Assembly (NCBI RefSeq): GCF_008065095.1
Contig: NZ_CP042911.1
Coordinates: 2,880,001-2,912,000 of the forward strand
Direction: 5' to 3'
DNA length: 32,000 nucleotides
Source: Gemmata obscuriglobus
Lineage (GTDB): Bacteria; Planctomycetota; Planctomycetia; Gemmatales; Gemmataceae
Positions 26,524 to 32,000 of the stretch are shown piece after piece. The notes under the pieces were generated by a model that was not told the DNA's origin, searched no databases, and saw nothing but the letters and a program-made list of their open reading frames with translations. A program made the translations under genes and the position numbers. Positions within the stretch are counted from its first letter, which is position 1; each line of letters opens with the position of its first letter.

Positions 26524-26891
26524 GCGCGCCCGGACTGATGCTGTGCGACGACCTGATCTTCTTCAGCCGCGTGTCCGGAACCGCACGCGCGGCGGGGCTG
26601 GCCGTCCGCATGGTGCGCACCGCCGCCGATCTGCTCGCCGCGGCCCGGGCCACGACGCCCGGGGGCGTTATCCTCGACGTTCACAACCCGGGGCTGGACC
26701 TGCCCGCGCTCCTCGCCGACCTGAAAGCGGTCTGCGACCCCGCCCCGCGCGTGATCGCTTACGGGTCGCACGTCGAGCCCGACGTGCTGCGCGCGGCCCG
26801 GCAGGCGGGGTGCGACCGGGTGATGCCGCGGAGCCAGTTCGTAACGGAACTCGACGCGAAGATCGGGGAATGGCTCGGCGCAAATGCGTGA
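26520..26891 (+). CDS. Stand-alone receiver-like (CheY-fold) protein, probably atypical, 123 aa
   Basis: GTG 26520 overlaps the upstream stop (GTGA). REC landmarks present: LCDDL (acidic pair), VILDVHNPGLD (phospho-acceptor position) and AYGSH (Ser/Thr position). The conserved Lys-Pro position reads VMPRS, so the Lys is missing. Confidence 0.7.
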   Translation: MSAPGLMLCDDLIFFSRVSGTARAAGLAVRMVRTAADLLAAARATTPGGVILDVHNPGLDLPALLADLKAVCDPAPRVIAYGSHVEPDVLRAARQAGCDRVMPRSQFVTELDAKIGEWLGANA

Positions 26892-26984
26892 CGACATTGG
26901 CCCGCCGCTTGCACCTCGGAAGGCCCGCGCCGCGCTCGTGGAGCCCTCTAAACCGTCGCGCGTTCTGACCTGAGACCTCCCACC

Positions 26985-27812
26985 GTGAGCGACAAGACCG
27001 AAGACATCGAACTGCGGCTCTTGTTGGAAGCGATCCACAAGCGGTACCACTACGACTTCCGCGGGTACTCCGTGGCGTCGCTCAAGCGGCGCCTCACGCA
27101 GGCCCGCGAGCGGTTCGGCTGCGACACCTTCTCCCAACTCCAGGACCGCGTCCTCCACGACCCCGCCGTGCTGCCGGCCCTGCTCGCCTACCTGACCGTG
27201 CAGGTCAGCGAGCTGTTCCGCGACCCGGCGTACTTCCGCGCGATCCGCGAGCAGGTGGTGCCGCATCTGAAAACGTACCCGTCGCTGAAGGTGTGGGTCG
27301 CGGGGTGCAGCGCCGGCGAGGAGGTGTACTCGCTGGCGATCCTGTTCCGCGAGGAGGGGCTTGACGAGCGCACCATGTTCTACGGCACCGACATCAACCC
27401 CGAGGCGCTGAAGCGGGCGGAGGCCGGGGTGTACGACCTGGACCGGCTCCCGCTGTTCACCGAGAACCACCGCAAGGCGGGCGGCAAGTCGTCGCTGTCG
27501 GACTACTACACCGCGGCTTACGGCAGCGCCGTGTTCGACAAGTCGTTGCGCCGCCGGACCGTGTTCTCGGATCATAGCCTGGCCTCCGACGCGGTGTTCG
27601 CCGAGGTGCAACTGGTGTCGTGCCGCAACGTGCTGATCTACTTCGACCGCGACCTCCAGGACCGCGCCGTCGGGCTGTTCAAGGACTCGCTCGTGCGGAA
27701 AGGGTTCCTGGGGCTCGGGGCCAAGGAGAGCCTGCGGTTCTCCGCGCACGCGGACGCCTTCGCCCCGTTCGCCCCGGATGAGCGGGTCTACCAGAAACAG
27801 GGGGACCTGTGA
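26985..27812 (+). CDS. cheR: CheR-type protein-glutamate O-methyltransferase, 275 aa
   Basis: The N-terminal helical domain (LLLEAIHKRYHYDFRGYSVASLKRRL) and the TELFRD-like SELFRDPAYF match the CheR family. So do the SAM-binding VWVAGCSAGEEVYSLAI, GTDINPEAL and CRNVLIYFD. Confidence 0.9.
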   Translation: MSDKTEDIELRLLLEAIHKRYHYDFRGYSVASLKRRLTQARERFGCDTFSQLQDRVLHDPAVLPALLAYLTVQVSELFRDPAYFRAIREQVVPHLKTYPSLKVWVAGCSAGEEVYSLAILFREEGLDERTMFYGTDINPEALKRAEAGVYDLDRLPLFTENHRKAGGKSSLSDYYTAAYGSAVFDKSLRRRTVFSDHSLASDAVFAEVQLVSCRNVLIYFDRDLQDRAVGLFKDSLVRKGFLGLGAKESLRFSAHADAFAPFAPDERVYQKQGDL

Positions 27813-28384
27813 GCGCCGGGGCCGAGGCGGTGGTGATCGGCGCGTCCGCCGGCGCGGTGGACGCCCTCTCCGCGGTGCTGCCGGCGCTCCCGAAGGGGTA
27901 CCCGCTGCCGGTGATGGTGGTGGTTCACCTGCCGCCCGATAAAAAGAGCGTGATGGCGGAGCTGTTCCGCGGGAAGTGCGCGGTGGACGTGCGCGAGGCC
28001 GACGACAAGGAGCCGTTGACCGGCGGTACCGTGTATTTCGCGCCACCCGATTACCACCTGCTCGTGGAACCGGACCGCCGCCTCTCGCTCTCCAGCGAGG
28101 AGCAGGTCCATTTCTCGCGCCCGTCCGTGGACGTGCTGTTCGAGTCCGCCGCGGACGCGTTCGGCCCCGGGCTGGTCGGGGTCGTGCTCACGGGCGCGAA
28201 CGCGGACGGCGCCCGGGGGCTGCGGGCCGTGCTCGCGGCCGGCGGAACCGGGCTGGTCCAGACCCCGACAACCGCGGCGGCCGCGGCAATGCCCCTCGCC
28301 GCGCTGGCCGCCCACCCCGCCGCCCGCGCGCTCACGCTGGATCAAATCGCGGCTCACCTCCGCGAGCTCGGAGGTACGTCATGA
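27809..28384 (+). CDS. cheB: CheB-type methylesterase catalytic domain only (no receiver), 191 aa
   Basis: GTG 27809 overlaps the cheR stop (GTGA). Ser-His-Asp landmarks are VVIGASAGAVDAL, VVVHLPP and LTGANADGARGL. FSRPSVDVLFESAA is typical of CheB. Confidence 0.9.
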   Translation: MSAGAEAVVIGASAGAVDALSAVLPALPKGYPLPVMVVVHLPPDKKSVMAELFRGKCAVDVREADDKEPLTGGTVYFAPPDYHLLVEPDRRLSLSSEEQVHFSRPSVDVLFESAADAFGPGLVGVVLTGANADGARGLRAVLAAGGTGLVQTPTTAAAAAMPLAALAAHPAARALTLDQIAAHLRELGGTS

Positions 28385-29991
28385 GCACACCGACACCGGC
28401 ACCCGTTCACTTTCTGCTCGTGGACGACCTTGAGGAGAACCTGCTGGCGCTCGAGGGGCTGCTGCGCCGCGACGGGCTGACGCTCCTGAAGGCCCGGTCC
28501 GGCCCCGCGGCGCTGGAACTGCTCCTCGTCCACGAGGTGGCGCTCGCGTTCGTGGACGTGCGGATGCCCGTGATGGACGGGTTCGAGCTGGCCGAGTTGA
28601 TGCGCGGCACCGAGCGCACCCGGCGCGTGCCGATCATCTTCCTCACCGCCGGCACCCCGGACCAGCAGCGGCGGTTCCGCGGGTACGAGACCGGCGCGGT
28701 GGACTTCCTCACCAAGCCGCTCGAAGCGCACGTGGTGCGGAGCAAGGCCGACGTGTTCTTCGAGCTGTGGCGCGAGCGCCAGGAGGTGGCGCGGCAGCGG
28801 GACGAGCTGAAGCTCATCGCCGCCGAGAACGCCCGCCTCCTGGCCGAGACCCAGCGCACCGCCGAGGCGCTGCGCGAGGCCGACCGCCGCAAGGACGAGT
28901 TCCTGGCGACCCTGGCGCACGAGCTGCGCAACCCGCTGGCCCCCATGCGCAACGGGGTCCACCTGATGCGGGTGGGGCAGCCGGACGGGCCGGCGCGCGA
29001 GCGCACGCTCGCGATGATGGAGCGGCAGCTCGGGCAGATGGTCCACCTGGTGGACGACCTGCTGGACGTGGCCCGGTTCTCCAGCGGCAAGATCGTGCTC
29101 CGGAAGGAGCGGCTCGAACTGGCCCCGGTGCTCGGCACCGCGGTCGAAACGAGCCGCCCGCTGATCGAGGTCGGGCGCCACGAGCTGACTGTCGACGTGC
29201 CCGCCGAGCCGCTCCTGCTCGACGGCGACCGCACCCGGCTCACGCAGATCTTCGCGAACCTGCTGAACAACGCCGCGAAGTACACCCCCAAGGGCGGGCG
29301 GATCACCCTCTCGGCGGCCCGCGAGGGGGAGAAAGCGGTGGTGCGCGTGGGCGACAACGGGATCGGCATCTCGGCCGAGATGCTGCCCCAGGTGTTCGAC
29401 CTGTTCACCCAGGTCGGCAGCGCGGTGGACCGCGCCCAGGGCGGGCTGGGGATCGGGCTGACGCTGGTGAAGCGGCTGGTCGCGTTGCACGGCGGGGAGA
29501 TCGCCGCGCACAGCGCCGGGGAGGGGAAGGGGAGCGAGTTCGTCGTGCGCCTGCCGCTCGTGAACCGCCCCGCCGCGGCCGAACCGGCGGCTCCGGTTGC
29601 GGCGCCCCCCGAGCCGCGGCTGAAGCGCGGCGCGCCGGTGCTGATCGTGGACGACAACCTGGACGCGGCCGAGTCGCTGGCCGAGCTGCTCGAAATGAAG
29701 GGGCACACGGTGCGCACCGCCCGCGACGGGGCGGAGGCGATGCGGGTGCTGGGTACGTTCCGCCCGCGGCTGGTGCTGCTCGACCTGGGCCTGCCCGGCA
29801 TGAGCGGGTACGAACTGGCCGAACGGCTCCGGGACGATCCGGCCCTGAGCGGGATGGCTCTCGCCGCGCTCACCGGATGGGGCAAGGACGAGGACCGACG
29901 CCGCACGAAAGAGGCCGGGTTCGATTACCACTTCGTGAAGCCCGCCGACCTGAGCCAGGTCGATGCCGTACTCGCCGGGTTGGGGCAGTAG
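28381..29991 (+). CDS. Hybrid sensor histidine kinase: REC - coiled coil - HisKA - HATPase_c - REC, 536 aa, with no TM or recognisable sensor domain
   Basis: ATG 28381 overlaps the cheB stop (ATGA). REC1: LLVDDLEEN...FVDVRMPVMDG...FLTKP. H box ATLAHELRNPLAP, N box NLLNNAAKYTP, G boxes VGDNGIGI and GGLGIGL. REC2: LIVDDNLD...LLDLGLPGMSG...HFVKP. Confidence 0.92.
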   Translation: MSTPTPAPVHFLLVDDLEENLLALEGLLRRDGLTLLKARSGPAALELLLVHEVALAFVDVRMPVMDGFELAELMRGTERTRRVPIIFLTAGTPDQQRRFRGYETGAVDFLTKPLEAHVVRSKADVFFELWRERQEVARQRDELKLIAAENARLLAETQRTAEALREADRRKDEFLATLAHELRNPLAPMRNGVHLMRVGQPDGPARERTLAMMERQLGQMVHLVDDLLDVARFSSGKIVLRKERLELAPVLGTAVETSRPLIEVGRHELTVDVPAEPLLLDGDRTRLTQIFANLLNNAAKYTPKGGRITLSAAREGEKAVVRVGDNGIGISAEMLPQVFDLFTQVGSAVDRAQGGLGIGLTLVKRLVALHGGEIAAHSAGEGKGSEFVVRLPLVNRPAAAEPAAPVAAPPEPRLKRGAPVLIVDDNLDAAESLAELLEMKGHTVRTARDGAEAMRVLGTFRPRLVLLDLGLPGMSGYELAERLRDDPALSGMALAALTGWGKDEDRRRTKEAGFDYHFVKPADLSQVDAVLAGLGQ

Positions 29992-30356
29992 CGCCCGTGC
30001 GGGGACCGGCCCCTTCGTTTGTTGCGTTGCGATTGGCATCGGGTGCTTCCCTGGTGGTGCTTCCGGTCGTTCGTTTCGTCTCGTTTCGCTGCTTGCGGGC
30101 CGCGAAACTTCCACCGGCTTGTGCCCGAGCGGGTACCGCTCGGTTGGATCGTTTCGGCCGCAAGTGACTTCCTGAAAACCTGTTGCGACGCATCTCTTGG
30201 CCGCCGTGGGAACCATCCTACTCAACCTTTGACGGCTCGGAGCGCGGGTTTTAGGTGCGATTCGGTGGTAGCGACGCACCAGCGTACTGCCAGCTCATGA
30301 CCATTCGAACACCAGCGAACGTCCAGTCGGTGACCCATCGGCAGCGATCGCGTCGG

Positions 30357-30548
30357 CACTGTAACCCCCGAGTGGCGTCGCGACGCGAGTGTAACGGGGG
30401 TTACAGTGGTGTCGCGACGCGAGTGTAACGGGGGTTACAGTGGTGTCGCGTCGCGAGTGTAACGGAGGTTACAGTGGCGTCGCGACGCGAGTGTAACGGG
30501 GGGTACAGTGATGTCGCGAGTGTAACCCCCGTTACAGTGCCGAGTGAA
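30357..30548. repeat. Tandem array of a 34-bp unit (4 full copies plus 1 truncated/variant copy), each with two nested palindromes
   Basis: Units at 30375-30408, 30409-30442, 30443-30476 and 30477-30510, consensus GYGTCGCGACGCGAGTGTAACGGGGGTTACAGTG, with 1-2 substitutions between copies. A 29-nt variant lies at 30511-30539. Each unit contains TCGCG-A-CGCGA and TGTAAC-N4-GTTACA. An inverted half-unit CACTGTAACCCCC (30357-30369) caps the left side. Confidence 0.9.
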
Positions 30549-30974
30549 CTTGGGGACAGCCCCAGGGCCGGCGTCGGCAAAACGTGTGGGTGAAGTCACA
30601 ACCCCGTACCCGTGGTACGCTGCATAACCACACACAGCGCTGTTAGCAGCGGTCACGTTGTGGCTCCGTTCCGGTGCTTCGGACGGCTATTCCCGGTTGC
30701 GTGTCTGCGCAACGCCCCCCTCTACGGCAGATGGCACCGGCCTTCGGTCCGGTGGGTGCGTCTGCTTCTCATACATGAACACGCCTGCGGTGTCGCTTGT
30801 GTTGACGGGCCGCGACCGTAGAGGTCGCCAAGGCACGCGCCCGAACGGGAAATGACAGTGGGGGACACGGCTCGTTAAGAAATCAGACGTGTTTTCTGTG
30901 TATATGTTTTATAGTTTGCGCCGGTTGAGCTAGAAGGGTGCTTGGCCTGTGAAGGTGCCCCGGCCCCGAAGACG

Positions 30975-31426
30975 ACCTACCCCCGTCCCCATCCCTAAAG
31001 GTAGGGGGTGGCGCCGGGAGGGGTGGTCCCGATGCGAGCGGAAAGGCAACCTACCCCCCGGCCCCCTCCCTAAAGGGAGGGGGTGGCGCCGGGAGGGGTG
31101 GTCCCGGCGCGATATGCGCACGCGGGGCGAAGACCCACCCCCTGCCCCTCCCTGAAGGGAGGGGAGCAAGGCACGGGCGCATCGATTCCGCCTCGGGTGC
31201 GCGGTGGTTTTTGCTCCCCCTCCCTTCCCGACGGCCCACGGAAGCTCTGCTGACCGGGCCGGCGAGCACGGCGAGGGGGCGGGGGGTAGGTTGCCTTTGC
31301 TCTCCTCCCTTCAGGGAGGGGCCGGGGGTGGGTCTTCGCTCCGCGTGCGCATATCGCGCCGGGACCACCCCTCCCGGCGCCACCCCTTCCCTTCAGGGAG
31401 GGGGCAGGGGGGTAGGTTGCCTTTCG
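30975..31426. repeat. Composite G/C-rich foldback: inverted arms of about 135 bp (31038-31173 and 31281-31426) separated by about 107 bp, plus a tandem partial copy (30975-31040). It is built from CCCTCCC-loop-GGGAGGG hairpins.
   Basis: The reverse complement of 31281-31426 aligns with 31038-31173 with about 6 substitutions and 2 one-base indels, by eye. Six hairpins of type CCCCCTCCCT-AAA/GAA-GGGAGGGGG. The 15-mer GGCAACCTACCCCCC or its complement occurs at 31045-31059, 31283-31297 and 31407-31421. Confidence 0.85.
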
Positions 31427-31432
31427 CCCCCT

Positions 31433-31738
31433 GGTCACCCCCGGTCACCCTCTGGTCACCCCGGGTGACCGCCGTAACTCCTTGCGGCGCAAGGCTTGGT
31501 CACCCGTGGTCACCCCGGTCACCCCCTCTCTACCCCCCGTAACACTCCGCCGCCCCCCCCTGGCGCGTGTGTAACGAGCGCCGGACGACGTTACACCGGA
31601 GAACGTTACACCCGCGAGAAGATGTTCGACAAATAAAAAAGAAAAGGGGTGACCAGGGTGACCAGGGGTGACCGCGCCTTGTGCCGCAAGGACTTACGGC
31701 GGTCACCCCCCCGGCCCACCGGGTGACCGGGGGTGACC
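31433..31738. repeat. Iteron-like cluster: 13 copies of GGT(C/G)ACC in two 91-bp inverted arms (31433-31523 and 31648-31738) flanking a 124-bp core with an A-rich tract
   Basis: Motif starts: 31433, 31443, 31454, 31464, 31498, 31508, 31517, 31648, 31657, 31667, 31701, 31722 and 31732, with spacings of 9-11 bp within sub-clusters. The arms match 77/91 as reverse complements. The core carries AAATAAAAAAGAAAAG (31631-31646) and four GTGTAAC/GTTACAC heptamers. Confidence 0.9.
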
Positions 31739-31838
31739 ACCGGAGCGCGGGGCCGGGCGCGCTGCCCCGGTGCCACGTCTCCCGCTCCCGGGCAGACGCG
31801 GCTCGTCAAGACAGCGGCACCGCGGGTGGGTTCGTGTA

Positions 31839-32000
31839 TTACGGCGTCTTCAACCAGGCGGCCGTGAACGTGTCGGGCGGGAAGGTGGGGTTCAACTCGA
31901 TGTCGCGGAAGTAGTAGGTACCGATCGTCACTTTCGTGCCGCCCGGTGCGTCGCGGAGCGTCTCGGTCGCGACCTGGAGCCACCGCTCGCGGTCGATGAA
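31839..32000 (-). CDS. 3' end of a hypothetical protein gene entering from the right edge (...FIDRERWLQVATETLRDAPGGTKVTIGTYYFRDIELNPTFPPDTFTAAWLKTP*)
   Basis: The reverse strand is open in frame from 32000 down to stop TAA (complement of 31839-31841). Third positions are G/C rich. It is not in the ORF track because its start lies outside the window. Confidence 0.55.
   Translation of the reverse strand, partial: FIDRERWLQVATETLRDAPGGTKVTIGTYYFRDIELNPTFPPDTFTAAWLKTP

Noticed and set aside
29992-30040. Intrinsic terminator after the kinase gene
   Set aside because: Only a weak GGGG-N5-CCCC stem followed by TTCGTTTGTT is present. That is too marginal to call as a feature.
26370-30279. Long minus-strand ORFs (26370..28046, 28354..30279, 28407..29906) and plus-strand 28767..30167
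   Set aside because: They overlap the REC, CheR, CheB and kinase genes, whose frames carry unmistakable family motifs. These are alternative-frame shadows.
30375-30539. Possible CRISPR array
   Set aside because: The repeats abut each other with no spacers, the unit is 34 bp head-to-tail, and there are no cas genes in the window.
30019-31542. Short ORFs in the large gap (e.g. 30019..30300, 30612..30821, 30930..31169, 31051..31383, 31204..31542)
   Set aside because: The sequences are Arg/Gly/Pro/Trp-rich. Several are simply translations of both strands of the palindromic repeats. None has a start context or a recognisable motif.
31433-31738. Chromosomal oriC
   Set aside because: I could find no DnaA-box-like TTATCCACA/TGTGGATAA motifs in or near the cluster, and no dnaA, dnaN or gidA neighbours are visible. 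An origin of a different (plasmid or phage) type remains possible and is reported as a finding.

Overview
This is high-GC DNA. The gene content points to a Planctomycetota (Gemmata-like) chromosome; that assignment is an inference from the protein families, not from a search. The window has three parts.

(1) 1-8632 is a decayed integrative island next to tRNA-Pro(CGG). It holds a frameshifted tyrosine integrase and three unrelated insertion sequences (ISAzo13-, IS5/Harbinger- and IS66-type). Terminal inverted repeats and target-site duplications can be read for each IS. There is also an IS-disrupted chimeric ORF that joins a Gp88-like module to a minimal family-A DNA polymerase palm.

(2) 8815-29991 is densely coded core DNA. 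It contains a four-gene envelope module: a 1659-aa double-vWA BatA-like protein, a 1349-aa coiled-coil membrane protein, a secreted low-complexity protein and a Tat-exported terpenoid-cyclase-fold protein. It also contains typical planctomycete periplasmic enzymes (lactonase beta-propeller, DUF1080, alpha/beta hydrolase). It ends with a CheR-CheB-hybrid histidine kinase operon that has no MCP, CheA or CheW.

(3) 29992-31838 is a 1.85-kb stretch with no convincing ORF, lying between convergent genes. It is filled with three ordered repeat architectures:
- a 34-bp tandem array with nested palindromes;
- a ~135-bp-arm foldback built from CCCTCCC/GGGAGGG hairpins;
- 13 helically phased GGT(C/G)ACC iterons in two 91-bp inverted arms around an A-rich core.
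I consider this third region the most unusual part of the window.

All functional calls come from by-eye motif recognition. No database search was possible.
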